Positions 39,142-53,330 are shown, counted from the first letter of the stretch. The stretch is DNA of 64,000 bases from Eledone cirrhosa (GCA_964016885.1 OZ024741.1:77314001-77378000); one strand, 5' to 3'. The notes: a model not told the origin generated them from the letters alone. Made by a program: numbers and translations.

Positions 39142-39704
39142 TGAGAAATGCGTTACCAGCCGAAGTGTATGATAAAGTTATATCTGTATAAATAAAGAGC
39201 ACGTTACCGAGACTGCACCAACGTATATTGATATATGCACATATCTAATATGTAGGCATGTAAACATGACAAAAAATACGAATTTCCCTGTAAATTGAGA
39301 AAGAAAAAAATGATAAATATGTTGAATCGACTTTCTTATCATACTGGACCCTCATCAAAAGACATGTGTATTATCCAGTCAACCACGAGGAAACATATAT
39401 TTGATGGGTATATTTACCCTTTCGCTCTTAGTATTATTCGGAAATGGACGTACTGATTTACATATAATTAGCGCTCGTGTTGGTAATTAATTGAGAAGTG
39501 CGCTATCAGTCGAAGTGTATGATAAAGATATATCTGTATAAATACAGAGTGTGTAACTGGTACTGCACCAACGTATATAAATAGATACACTTATCTAATA
39601 TGTAGACATGTAAACATGCCAGAAAATATGAATTTTTCTGCAAATTGAAAAAATCATAAACACATTTTATCAATATTAAATATGTGTATATCTTTATACA
39701 TGTT

Positions 39705-41165
39705 AGGGCAGTCTCACACCCGGCTTTCCACGCTTGCATGGGTTGGATGGATCGATTTCAGCAGAGCATCTCTCCACTCGCCACGTTTTTTCGTCATCTC
39801 TGTGAGTCGCAGCAGTTTAATATCAGCTCCCACTCCCTCTGTCCAGGTCTTCTTTGGTTTACCTCTACTGCGGCTTGCCCCCACTAGGATTTCCTGGTAT
39901 TTCTTCACCCATCGATCATCATCAATGCGTATCATATGTCCATACCAACACAGCTTTCTCTCTAGCACACCACTTCAGATTCTTCGTAAATCCAGTTTCT
40001 CCCCCAATTCATCCAAACTCTGCCTTTCTCTCACATTTACATTGCATATCCAACGAAGCATTGGTTGATTCATTTTCTCCAGGTTATGCATGTTCTCTGC
40101 AGTCATTGCCCATGTAACACTACCATGCAGCATCGCACTTCAAACACAGGCGTCATGCAGTCGTCAATTTGTGTGTAGGGAGAAACCGTTTGTTGTTAAC
40201 AATGGAAGAAGCTCTTTAAACTTCTTCCATACTATCCTTATTCTAGCTATTATGCTCTCATGACATCCTCCAGTTAATTAGGTCATCTACATAACAGAAG
40301 CTATCAAACACTTCTAGGGGTCCTTCCTATGACTGAAAAAGGTTTATATCCTTGACGCTTTCCCTTGATTACTCCTGTGCATCTACATACAAAGTCTTCC
40401 CTTCCTGTTAGTCTAACAGTTACCCCACTACTTCTCTTGTGTACCCAGAATGTATATTGTGTACATCGTACAGAGTTTATGCCAAATTCTTTTCTACATA
40501 TTGAGCAGGGCCACTTCCCTGGGGGAATCTGGGTCCTGTTTTCTTTCCTATTTACTAGCACTTTGGTTTTGGCTAAGTTTACTCTTACAAATTCTGTTTC
40601 CATAGACGGAACTTATTCTCTAGTTCTTTTATGGATTCAACTATACAGACCAGATCATCCGCATAAAGAAGTTCCCACAGACAGCCAGTCTTAAACTCCT
40701 CTGTTATGGCCTGGAGAACTATTATGAACAGCAGTAGGCTAAGAACCGAACACTGGCGGACTCCTACCTGAACCTTGAATTCCTCACTAACTCACTTCCT
40801 ATTCTCACTTTGCTGACAGCTCTTCTGTACATGGCTTGCACTGCTCTCACAAGCCATTCTTCTACACCTAATTTCTTTAAGGACCACCAGATAATAGATC
40901 GAGGTACACTGTAAAAGGCCTTTTCTAGATCAACAAAAGTTAAATATAGCGACTTATTCTTGGCTAGGAACTTCTCTTACCGTTGTCTCACAAAGAACAG
41001 CACAACTATAGTACTTTTCCAAGGGATGAAACCAAACTGCATCTCGTCTAATTTGACTATTTGCCTAATTAGCTGCGTTGTAACTCTTTCCATCACTTTC
41101 ATAACTTGGTCCATTAGTTTTATTCTTCTATAGTTACTCCTTTCTAGAGTATCACCTCTACCCTT
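39705..41165 (-). mobile_element. Decayed RTE-clade LINE (RT with an inserted Cys-rich PHD-like domain)
   Basis: KGRGDTLERSNYRRIKL..QFGF, VNLAKTKVL, KWPCSICRK..SVRCTQ..WVHKR, LCWYGHMIR..RGKPKKTW. Confidence 0.88.
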
Positions 41166-41201
41166 GTGTGTGTGTGTATATATATACATATATATATATA
41201 T

Positions 41202-41238
<37 letters not shown>

Positions 41239-41536
41239 CAGTTCAAGAGTAACCAATCTTAAAGAGAGAGAAGGAGATAGGAGAGGAGAGATTGGTGAAT
41301 TAGTTAGAAGCCAAAGCGTAAAGGCATGTGCTCAATGTGCAATGTGCAGTAGAAAGCAGCTAGGTGGCTGGGTTCATGTAGAAGTTACGCGCGCAGAGCT
41401 GGAAATATTCATTAGTTAAGCAAAACAAGACCACAAATTTCACAAGGAAGACATTATTAAAAGATTGTCAACATATTTTAGTTTGATGTAAGGAATGTAG
41501 AGAATAATAATAATAATATTAATAATAATAATGTCC

Positions 41537-41655
41537 GTTTACAATTGTTTCGCTACACCATATAATATTTCTGGATCAAATGACTATATATCATTATTGA
41601 TCTGGTACAGTTGAAAATAATTAACATATTTAAAAACAGATCGGCTCATCGGAAC
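41537..41655 (-). ncRNA. Hammerhead-like motif with CCGAUGA core variant (left arm)
   Basis: Mirror of 42771-42889. Confidence 0.55.
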
Positions 41656-42770
41656 TTCAAAGGAATATAAATTAAGATAAGGAGAGAATGTTACATAATG
41701 TAATGTTCCATATATTGGTATTTCACTATGGTGTCTTGGGTGTATCAATTGTCAGTCATAATCAAGAAGTATTCATCTGTCGAGGCTGCATTGTGTGAGA
41801 TCTGCCTATGGGTAACAAGATGGCCGCCAATGGACATATTTACCTTACTAATTAGAGGGTGGTTTCAGGGGAAGTAACTCCTCGAAGATTAGAAATTTTG
41901 GGTAGTTTATAGTTAAGTGCTAATTTTTTCATTTTTTAATTGAGAGACAATGTAGGGGAGGTAACTTATAATTATCTAAGTTAGTTATAGCTATTTAACT
42001 TATTAGCTACAAGTAAAAATGGGGCTAGATGACTATGTTGGGTCAAATATTCTGTTGGCGAAGGAATTAGCCCTTCGATGTGGACAGCTAATAGTTACCT
42101 CCGTTCTATCGTTAATCGGTAGAGGTCGTGATAGAGTTATGTAATATGCTTCGGTAATACAGAGATCACAAGATTTTCTTCGTCAATTGAACGGTTGGGC
42201 CCTAGCTAAAATATCCCATGTTAGTGACAACCGTTCAATGGACGAAGAAAATCTTGTGATCTCTGTATTACCGAAGCATATTACATAACTCTATCACGAC
42301 CTCTACCGATTAACGAAAGAACGGAGGTAACTATTAGCTGTCAACATCGAAGGGCTAATTCCTTCGCCAACAGAATATTTGACCCAACATAGTCATCTAG
42401 CCGCATTTTTACTTGTAGCTAATAAGTTAAATAGCTATAACTAACTTAGATAATTATAAGTTACCTCCCCTACATTGTCTCTCAATTAAAAAATGAAAAA
42501 ATTAGCACTTAACTATAAACTACCCACAATTTCTAATCTCTCGAGGAGTTACTTCCCCTGAAACCACCCTCTAATTAGTAAGGTAAATATGTCCATTGGC
42601 GGCCATCTTGTTACCCATAGGCAGATCTCACACAATGCAGCCTCGACAGATGAATACTGCTTGATTATGGCTGACAATTGATACACCCAGGACACCATAT
42701 TGAAATACCAATATATGGAACATTACATTATGTAACATTCTCTCCTTATCTTAATTTATATTCCTTTGAA

Positions 42771-42889
42771 GTTCCGATGAGCCGCTCTGTTTTTAAATAT
42801 GTTAATTATTTTCAACTGAACCAGATCAATAATGATATATAGTCATTTGATCCAGAAATATTATATGGAGTAGCGAAACAATTGTAAAC
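42771..42889 (+). ncRNA. Hammerhead-like motif with CCGAUGA core variant and long stem II (right arm)
   Basis: GUU-CCGAUGA-GCCGCUC...GAGUAGC-GAAA-CAAUUG-UA-AAC. Confidence 0.6.
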
Positions 42890-43023
42890 GGACATTATTA
42901 TTATTATTATTATTATTAATATTATTATTATTCTCTACATTCTTTACATCAAACTAAAATATGTTGACAATCTTTTAATAATGTCTTCCTTTTGAAATTT
43001 GTGGTCTTGTTTAGCTTAACTAA

Positions 43024-43097
<74 letters not shown>

Positions 43098-43788
43098 TGT
43101 GTGTGTGTACGTATATGCATATGCGTGTGTGTAAATATATATAAATTTTAGTACAGCATTAACGAAGCTTTAGGCTGCGGCTAAGCTAACGAATGCAAAT
43201 TCGGAATGTAGCTTTAGAACTCGATGGGGAATAATACCCCAGAGTAATAACAATACGTTTAGACAGCTTTGCAAATCAAATATAGCGAACGGCAGTCCAG
43301 CCGCATTGCCATAGCAACGAAAAAGCCTGGACTCAGAAAAAGATTTTTAACTGACCTGGACCATCACGCAGAGACTGAATGCAATACATAATGCATATCG
43401 TATAGCATACGATATACATCACATACAACCTACAACATCCACTCTAGGTTTCTGTAAATCCGAGATCGACTAATTCCGCTTGCAGGGGTCTGCAAGTTAA
43501 TGGCCTTTGACGACAGAACAAAGGATTTACTTCGTCAACAAGTCTTGCGTTCTATAGCCTCAGCGGGTGTGTTCTAGCAGTAAATTTCGCTATAGACACG
43601 TGGTTTTCTCCAAGGGAGGTAACCTCCGTTTTGGCGGTGAATTCGAAATTTGAGACAAAAGAATGAAATTCCCTTAGACAAACAGAATTAAGCATTCAAC
43701 CAGAAGTTATCAAACAAACATAAACAATTAATCAATCAATAGAATTGTCTAATTAAAATAAATATATATATATATATTATGTGTGTGT

Positions 43789-43880
<92 letters not shown>

Positions 43881-44634
43881 ACGTGTGTGCGAGAGAGAGA
43901 GAGTAAGTGCGTGTTGGATACAATTTGTTGTCACAATTTTTGCCGTTTCTCCGACGCACAGTACTGTGGTAAAAAAAAGAAAAAATAGCGAAATAGAATA
44001 TTTAGATAATTTGCAAAATACAATTGATTTGAATCCTTTAAAAGAATGCAAGGTATATTCTATATGAATTTACTGGCTGTAAGCAATTACGCAACCTACT
44101 ACCAACAATTATTTAAGTTATATTAGGACAGTCATGTCCTTGATCTTTAAATGACCGTATGAAACAAGATAGTGTAGTTTTGGAGTCATAAAGTAGAGAG
44201 CATGTTTATAATATCCTCCGACGTCATTTGCGATAAATTCTATATAGTTCCTTAGGATCCTTAGTGGCGGAGTGAGCGTAGTTCTATATACCACGGCTGT
44301 AGAAAGCCGTGTCCTCCCAGTGGACAACACACTAGACTCGTGAATTGTAGGTGAATTGTTGGGGTGCATTGTAAACAGGGTGTGATAGTTGTACACTGTT
44401 TGCGGAAAGGAATTAATATAATTTCAAAATTCTATATCTTTTATCATATTGATGGAAATGGATTCAAAATTGTCGAGGGCTTTCACCTGAGGGGTAACTT
44501 GAATCTGTATTTGAATTTGAATGTACCAACAGACACGTTCGTGAATTTAATTTTGTTTTCTTGTCTCTCTAACAGGCGCGTCATATAAAATGTTCGTGTA
44601 AATTCTTTTGCTTCTGCATCTTTAACTGTTTGGT

Positions 44635-44902
44635 CTCGATCTGTAAACAGGGCTTGAGTTCGATTCCCAGCGGTGCGTTGTATGCTTATTTCACGTTGCT
44701 CCAGTCAACAAAGCTAGCAAAAATGGGTTGTACCTGCAATTCAATGGGCCAGCCATATCACATACTGTGTCACGCTGAAAAATACACTATGGGTGCAAAT
44801 GTTTATCGAATGCTCAGCTACATGCATGTTATTTTCATGAGCAAGGGTGTTCTATTTGTCGAACAACTAGAACACTCGTTATTGGAACCGACTTCGGCCT
44901 AA

Positions 44903-44903
<1 letters not shown>
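44635..44903 (+). mobile_element. tRNA-derived SINE (family B)
   Basis: B-box GAGTTCGATTCC followed by ttatttcacgttgctcca, also seen at ~54290-54360. Confidence 0.6.
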
Positions 44904-44995
<92 letters not shown>

Positions 44996-45547
44996 TTAAA
45001 ATTAGCGAGAATCGAATTTCAGCTCAGGAATAACGAAAAACACTTCCGAGTTGTGTGGCAAGCGCTCGATAATTCATATGAATTAGAGCTACAACTTACG
45101 TTAAAGGCCAAACACACTGAGATGGTGGTTAAACTAATCATCCGCACAGCGAAAAATCGACCGCCTGATTCGGGTCGAACAGATATACAAATATAAAAAT
45201 ATATAAAAATATACATGGTTGAAAATTTACCCGGACCCCTGGAGAGATGGTAAAATCCAGTATTTGGGTTTCTGCGGCTCCATAAGTCATTTACTGTCCA
45301 CTTACATAAAGGATGTTAGGCTTCTGGTATTCTGACCGAACTGGGAGTACGCGTTGTCAACGGGATTCAGTTCGAATGTCCACATAGATGTGTCTGTAAC
45401 TGACCCCACGTGGGGTTCAGCAAGGGAGGCAACACCTATATTAGGCGAATGAATTCAGTTGTGTATAATATTGCGAAAATGCAAAATATTACAAATCGAA
45501 TAAAGCTCTCGACAGAGTGGTTAAATATAACAAAGCTATTCAACAGT

Positions 45548-45588
<41 letters not shown>

Positions 45589-45593
<5 letters not shown>

Positions 45594-45859
45594 ATTATAA
45601 AATGTGGAGAAGGAGCACACGATTTGGAATATATATATATATGAGAAAATAGGGAGAAAAAGACGATTATTAGGAAGAAAAATATTTTTTTTTCCTTTTA
45701 TGTTTTTATTTTTCTTCTGGGTTAGAAAATGTTTAAAACAGAATATTTTACTTTGTATGAAGTGTTAAGGTATTAGTTAATGTATTTACTAATTAACAAT
45801 GGCATTTATTTATTTATTTATTTATTTATATATTTAATAATTCTCTATTATTAAATATA

Positions 45860-45890
<31 letters not shown>

Positions 45891-46110
45891 ATGCCATTGT
45901 TAATTAGTAAATACATTAACTAATACCTTAACACTTCATACAAAGTAAAATATCCTGTTTTAAACGTTTTCTAACCCAGAAGAAAGAGAAAAAAATAAAA
46001 GGAAAAAAAAATATTTTTCTTCCTAATAATCGTCTTTTTCTCCCTATTTTCATATATATATATATATATATTCCAAATCGTGTGCTCCTTCTCCACATTT
46101 TATAATTATT
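45589..46110. repeat. AT-rich fold-back palindrome (~255-bp arms, 5-bp loop at 45842-45846) between (TA)n tracts
   Basis: Arms are reverse complements with a few substitutions. Confidence 0.92.
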
Positions 46111-46115
46111 ATATA

Positions 46116-46195
<80 letters not shown>

Positions 46196-46264
46196 CATAC
46201 ATATATATAATGACTGACTAAATACTTCTGACTAACATCCGAAACGTTATGACTCTTTTCGTAC

Positions 46265-49200
46265 AATAATAATAATAATAATAATAATGAAATTATTGTG
46301 TAAAGTGCTCAGGTGCACTACAACTCGTCAAAGGTGTATGTATAGTACATAGAATAATACACAAATGTCAGGGAAGTGAATAGTGTATGAGTCATGGTAT
46401 ACATATGTGTATGTGTATGGAGGGGGAACATTAGCTGTAGTGTTGGCGGATCTCGGGAAGCATGGAGGCCTTAAAGGATGCAGTGTCTCGACAGCTAACA
46501 ACTGATGCAGGTAGTTTGTTCCATGCTTCAGCAACTCTGAGAGTGAAAAAATGTTTCCGAAAGTCATGGGAACTGTGCTGTTTTCTGACTTTGTGGGAAT
46601 GTCCACGTGTGTTAGACACATGGAAATCAAAAAGGTACTCAGGGTTGTTGTTGGAAAGATGGTTAACAATTTTGTGGGTGTTTACCAAGTCAATTGCCAG
46701 GCGTCGGAGCTTCAATGTATCCATGCCCAGGGAAGCAAGGCGCTCAGAGTATGGTAGATGCCTGATGGAGGGTATTCGCTTGGTTGCACGTCTCTGAACA
46801 GTTTCCAGGCGGTCAATGTTCTGAGCAAGATAGGGGTTCCAGACTGGTGATGCAAATTGTAAGTGTGGCCGCACCATAGCCATGTACAGCCTTAAATAGA
46901 TATCTGGAGAGCGGCTGACAAAGGTCTTGCTGAGTGATGCTAAGACACCCTCGGCCCTCTTGACAATTTTAGAGACGTGCTTCGTCCAACGCAAATCGCT
47001 GCTGACCGTAATGCCCAGGTCACGTTCACAAGAAGACTTCTTGATATTAGTGCTGTGGAGGGAGTATGTGGACACTGGGTTTTTACTCACAAAATGCATG
47101 GTGGTGCACTTGTCCACAGCTAGCTTGAGTTGCCAGTCTGAGATCCATAGTTGCATTGTGTCCAGGTCAGACTGCAAGCAAGATCTATAGTTTTCAGGAT
47201 CTGTCCTTTTTATCTCAAGGTACAGCTTGATGTCATCTGCGTACTTTAGTACCGTGGCATTCTTTAAGTTGGCATCTATGTCATTAATATATGCCACAAA
47301 CAAAAGAGGGCCAAGAACAGATCCCTGTGGTACACCAGATAACATCTCATATGGTGAGGAATGCTGTCCCAGAACCGTGACTATCTCTCTTCGACTGAGA
47401 ATGAAGGACTTCAACCAGTTAAAAAGATCATCCTTCACACCCATTGCATAGAGTTTTTCCATAAGCCTTTTGTATGGCACAGAATTGAAGGCTTTCGCAA
47501 AGTCAAAGTAAACAACATCCACCCATGAGCCGCCATCAGTGATCCGGGTGATGTCCTTAAGAAACTCTATAAGTTGATCACAGCAGCTGGAGTTGGGGAT
47601 AAATCCAAATTGCGAGGGCCGGATAAGACTGTGAGAGCTCCAGAAGTTCCAAAGTGTTTCTCTGACACAGGATTCCATCAGTTTGGCGATGTAACTAGTA
47701 AGACTGACTGGACGATAGTTCACAGGTGATGTGCGGTCACCCTTTTTGAACAGAGGAATGACAGTGGCAGTTTTCCACTGTTCTGGAGCAGCACTGTTGT
47801 TCAGACAGAATTGGAAGAAGCGTGATAACTGGTGCAGAAGGAAGTACCCACCACGTTTAATAAGCAGGTACGTAACACCATCAAGACCAAGAGAGGCATG
47901 GTTGCGTTTATTTTTTAGGTGACGTCGCAGCATTGCAGGTGTAAATTCCATGGTTGTAATAGAGTCCGGTGTCATAGGTGGTGGAGATGGTACACTCTGG
48001 TCTTCAATAGTAAAAATGCCTGCATAGCATTCAGCAATGAACTCTGCGCATTCCTTTGGGTCGTCAGTAACCTGGCTTGTGTGGGGATTGCGAAGAGGAC
48101 CAACTGGAGAGTGAGGCCTCTGCTTTGAGTGAACATACTTCCAGAATGCGCTGCTCAAATTGAAGCACTGCCTTTTTCGTCACCTGTTTGAGGTGGTTGG
48201 ACGATCTATTTCGCCTCTTCCTATTAATGTCTGATTTGTGAAGTTTGTACTCGCGTTCAGCATTGCGCCGTTCTTTTCTGGCAAGACGAACTGCTGCAGT
48301 CTCCCAAATTGCAGTTTGGGATGTTTTTTCCCATTACGTGGCACCGATGCTGCACATGCTGTCCATATTGAGCTCAGGATGTTCTGGAGTACAGTGTTGA
48401 CATCTCCAGAGTCATAGAACTCAAGCCAGTTTGGCCGTTGCAACTCGGTGCAGTAACAGTTCCAGTCTTCTTTATTCCAGTCAAAGTGAGCAGTTTGGAG
48501 ATTGTTGTGGTTCTTGTTACTGCCCATGGGGGATAGATTGGCAATGATCATAGCATGATGAGAGTCACCTAAAGGTTCCTAAGCAGTAACACTGATGACC
48601 GTTTCAGGAGTAGTGGTGAAGAGTAGGTCCAAAGTGTTGTTACCTCTTGTTGGGGAGGTGACCACTTGGGACCAACTCGAGTCCAGCACTAGCTCAAGGA
48701 AGTCATTTGCACTTGGCGGCCAACGAAAGGTTTCCCAGTCAATCTGAGGGTGATTGAAGTCTCCTGCAATGAAAACATAAGTGGCTGTCTTCCTGGCAGA
48801 AGCTCTGAGGATATCACAAAGTTGATGTCCTGGTGGTAATTTGGGGGACGGTAAACGACTCCAAGTAGCAGTGTTGACATGGTTATACGTATATCGCAGA
48901 AAAAAACTTCCTGCTGTGATTGGTTCAAATCAACACAAGGAATTGCCGACAGATTTGACCGAACATAGACCATTACACCACCACCACGACGATTAATGCG
49001 GTCTTTACGAAACAGGTTGTAGACAGTCATGCTGAAAACCCCATCACAGAGTAAGGGATGTGCCCAAGTTTCCGTGACTGTAATGAAGTCAGGGTTGATA
49101 CTTTTGACGTAGGAGTCAAAAAGATGAATCTTATTGCATAGACTACGTGCATTCAAGGACAACAATTTGTATCTTGATTCCAGTATATGATTATGTGCAG

Positions 49201-50620
49201 GGGATGGCAGGTTGTTCTGATTTAGTTTCCCAGAATTTTTTTCAGTTTCTTTATTGTCAGTTGTTGTGGGTACAGTGTTTTCAGACCAGCTGGTGTCTCT
49301 TTTCCATGTTTCGCCAGCCTTAACAAACTTCCATATCTGCCCATCATCTCGTAGGCTGAAGCTTTCATGTTCTGCCGAGCTGCGGTTTAAGGAAGCTGCA
49401 GCATGCAACTTTGGGCGGACATCAGGTGGAAGACCAGGGCGTGTTCGGAAAGCAATCCGAATACGCCCTGGTTTCACGCCTAGCTTTATCAGAGGCTACA
49501 AGGTATGAAGTGCCTCAGGTGAGTTTGAAAACGACAGTCTAATTAGCCTGGGTTTCGGGCCTGGTCGGCCAAGGCGTAGAGCACCCTTTGCGGGAGCACA
49601 TCCCAAGTCTTTGGATGAACTGGCAGCAAATGCCTGAAGATCAACTATGTCTTCTGGTACACCAATGGCAATCACTTCGTGGTTTGCAGATTCAGTGGCA
49701 GTCTCAATGCGTCTAGGTTCAACATGAAGTACGCGGAGATTTTTTAACAAGGCACTCCGGTAAGATACCTCATTGTGGGGTTCTACACGAACGCTTGATT
49801 TTATTTCCGCTATTTCTCGGCTTAAAGCGGAAATCATTTGCCGTATTTCCTCAAACTCCGTTTTGACGGTCGGTTTTTGTTGTTGTTCTTCTCCTTCAAC
49901 AGGCATGGTAGGAGAAGACACAGTCGTCGGTTGTTGTTGTTGAAAAGTAACGGGTGAGGAAGACATGGGTTGCTCTTGTTGATGAAGTCCTTCAACGGGG
50001 GTAGTAGCAGAAGGTACGGTTATTGGTTTTTGCTGTTGTTCAGGAACAATGGTAGAGGAAGACACGATCCTCGGTTTTTGTTGTTGTTGTTCGGGAACAA
50101 TGGTAGAAGAAGACACGATCTTCGGTTTTTGTTGTTGTTGTTGTTCCGCAGCAATGGGAGAGGCAGGCATACAGTCCAGGCACTGAAAGGACCAGTTTGT
50201 TAGCTGAACCATCTCCCAGAGTCTATCCATCGTAGCAATATGATGTTTCTTGTTTTGGCCTGGGATCTTCCGGAAGCCTGTGGCGCATTGAAGGCAGACA
50301 GAGATGTGACAGGTTCCACATTCGACCCAACGATTACGGAACGAGTTTTCGGGTTCCGTACAGATGGTAGATGTGATCTTCTGGGCAATGTTCTATTTTG
50401 GAACATCGACCAGTTTTGTCGCATACTTCATCGATGGATATCACCATGGCAATTTTGTTATTTCTGCCCATCCGTAGAAAAACACAGAATGTAAACAATT
50501 TAGGTTTAGCGCACTTGATTACGATAGAAATAAAATGTTTGTTTTTTGTGTATTTTTGTTTCCGTTTTCCTAAATGTTGTGTGTGTGTGTATACAGAAGA
50601 GTCTGCGCACGAAACAAATA
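46265..50620 (-). mobile_element. Near full-length CR1-clade LINE (ORF1 with PHD-like finger; ORF2 APE + RT; (ATT)n tail), frameshifted
   Basis: LNARSL.NK, VTETW, GGGV, VYRPP; NYRPVSLTS, QFGF, YFDFAKAF, GVPQGSVLGPLLF, KYADD, ERDLG, RKHFFTLRVAEAWNKLP; ORF1 CPIC..WVECGTC..CLQC..FQCLDC. Confidence 0.95.
46431..48158 (-). pseudogene. CR1 ORF2 reverse transcriptase portion (575 aa open)
   Basis: RT motifs as above; disconnected from the APE domain by frameshifts. Confidence 0.9.
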
Positions 50621-51376
50621 AATATGCTGCGTAAGTTAAATGAAACGTACTGTAGAAGGCAACAGTTTATTAACAGCGGAATAACGTTTTTTTTTCCTGA
50701 TACTGCTTCTTTATAATAAACTTTCAATAATATTTTTTTTCAAATTATTAACTTTCAGCTGCTAGTATATATATATAATTAAAAGGTGTATGTGGGTTAG
50801 AAGCGAAGTCAATGTTCAGAGATATTTTACAAATGTACGTAAGATTGGCCGGTATAGTATCTCACACGAAATAGTGTGGTTTCTTTTCACTTGTGTGTAT
50901 ATGCATGTGGTATGTATCTGTATATAAATCTGTGTGTATATTGTTGTTTATAGGTTTTGTGGAGTACTTACTGCGATGCCTAAGAGATATAGTGATTTGG
51001 GTTTTTTTTCTTTTTTCCCGTCCATGTCCACACGTGGTTTGTTGGCGAAAATCAAGTCAAATTAAATATACTTCGTTAAAATAATTCTATGTTGAAGCTG
51101 GTACTAGTTGTCAGGGAACAGTCAAAGTAATTGTAATAATGAATATTGTAATCCATCTGGCATGTGTTCAAAGGGCAGTTTTTGGTGAAAATATTATATT
51201 TTGTTTGGTCAAGACGTGGTCAAGCGACCTTCCTTGTCGCCATTTTGGCCGGTATCATGTCTTAAACTAATATATGTCCTCATTGTACTGTATTGTTTCC
51301 CTGTGTTGTTTTTCCTCGTTGATTTTTTGCATACATTCACACAGACAACCACACACACACACACACACACAGACAA

Positions 51377-51426
<50 letters not shown>

Positions 51427-51437
51427 TGTATATACTG

Positions 51438-51481
<44 letters not shown>

Positions 51482-51804
51482 TATATATATATATACACAC
51501 ACACACATACTCAAACACGCACACCACGTTTTTTTTTTGCAATTTTTTGTAATGCATTATCTTCTTCCTTCAAACGCTCACTTTTTATCATTTTTCAAAG
51601 AAGGCTGTGCAATCCGATGCTTTTGAAGAAGACAATTATCGTTTTTTCTTCCTTTAATTTAACGAATTTTATAGCTTTTTGAATTTTTAATTAATAATGC
51701 CTTGTTATTAACGCATTTAAATTTGATACCATTACTAAAATAAATTATTGCATTCGTGCGTGCGTAAAAACGATTATATCATTGGAGCAATTAGCTGCTG
51801 CTGC

Positions 51805-53330
51805 TGTAGTTGTTATTTAGCCCTATCACTACCCTGATTAAGCAGGCCTCTTCTTTTTTGTATCAGGGACCACATTGTTCAATGTATCTTGTTTGATAAG
51901 ACGGTAGGGTGTGAGTTGAGGGAGGTTTAGCTCCTCTTTCAAGCAGGACAGGCGACAACATATAGGCTCTCATTTTGCTTACTTATATCAAAGGTCATCC
52001 AATCGTGACTTTCTCGTCTTATTTTTCAGGCATAGTGTATTTAAGATTGTATTTTCAAATGTGTCCTTTGATGAAGATTTGACAAGTATTTTTATCAGGT
52101 CAGGCGACGACGTTGAGGCATCTCTCGTTAACTCGTAAACTGTTTATGACATAACCACAAGAAGAGTTGCACTTCTTCCCAGAATATTACTGTTCCTTGG
52201 TCTCTCGACCTCCAAGAGATAGAGGTTGAAATTAGAATTTGGCCGAAATTTAGATTTAGCCAAACCTCACTCTACCGTCCTAAGTAAAAAGAACAGGCAC
52301 GTTAGACAATGTATTCTTAGATGCACTATGTCTAAAAAATAATGACGTCATGGTTACTGCTGAACAACCATTAATTATGTGTTTGACGGAACAAGCCAAA
52401 GAACTTCTAGGCTGTCGTGTGACCTGCTAGAAAAACAGTCAAATTTTCTCCAAATTATACTCACCCCAATAGAGAAACGTATTTGGAGGATTATAGTTCT
52501 AAATTCGCTGTCCAAAATAAAAAATATAATAATGGGATGATCAAAATTGGAATGACTTTGATTATAAGCCTGTTTATTATGGCTGGCATAGCTTGGCAGG
52601 AGGGAGGGCCAATAAGGGAATTTCTAGGGCAACAAAAACAAATCGGCCAATCACATCTACCATCTTGAAAAAAAGGAAATGTGGATAATGTAATCCTGAA
52701 TATATTATATCTGAAAAAAAAGAGGCATGGTCACGGTCGGAACGTCTTTCATAAAATATCTGATATATTAAGGCTGTCTTTATGTTAAAGAATAAAACCA
52801 ACAACAATAACAAGAGTAACAGCAACAACATTGACGAAGAGAGCGCGGCCAAAACATAAGAGACTACGATATGTCACAGTAGAACACTAAGACAGACCAC
52901 ACCTCTTCAATTTAATTCTAATAAGATTCCTTCTTGCTATAGACGATAACTAAACCAACTAATTATAATGACAATCCTCATTAGTGAATGGACTTGTTTC
53001 CTGAAGAAGAATTGATGTAATTTAATTGCCACGCTGATAAATTCCAGGTAACGTGCACTCTTGGAAATAAAATTCTAGCTCACAATGGGGCTGATACGCA
53101 AGTGAACACAAAGATAATGGTGTCAATGGGTGGTTGTTACTATTGTTGTTGATTAACCTAGGATGACGTAGAGTTATAATCATATACATTCAAGGCGTGG
53201 CTATCCCGTCTTTTTAAGGGTGTCTAGGTACATTATCCAATGTTTAATTACATTTCTAAGACGACAAGGTCTTAAAAATGTGGCCGCTATTTTTAGCGGG
53301 TCAAACAACTACGTAGAGGCACCCTCTTGG
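51805..53330. repeat. Cluster of diverged copies of a ~200-bp dispersed repeat with (AAC)n-like tail; relatives at ~7340-7545 and ~20700-20830
   Basis: Recurrent tgacctgctagaaa.a.cagcc aaat, ggacacatt.gacaatg, ctaaacaacaac motifs on both strands. Confidence 0.5.

Larger units (their letters stand above)
41241..43030. mobile_element. Giant fold-back: ~795-bp inverted arms (41405-42197 / 42228-43030), 30-bp loop, ~165-bp left tail; 3' end of a Hydra-type PLE
   Basis: Arms near-perfect reverse complements; loop + arm translate (minus strand, one stop) LTWDILARAQPFN*RRKSCDLCITEAYYI..INDRTEV..SCPHR; (TA)n on both flanks. Confidence 0.93.

Noticed and set aside
43304-43318. RFX X-box-like ATTGCCATAGCAAC
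   Set aside because: Single imperfect motif with no supported nearby gene start
44260-44370. HDV-like ribozyme candidate (hairpins CACGGCT/AGCCGTG, TGTCC/GGACA)
   Set aside because: No P1/P2 pseudoknot pairing could be built
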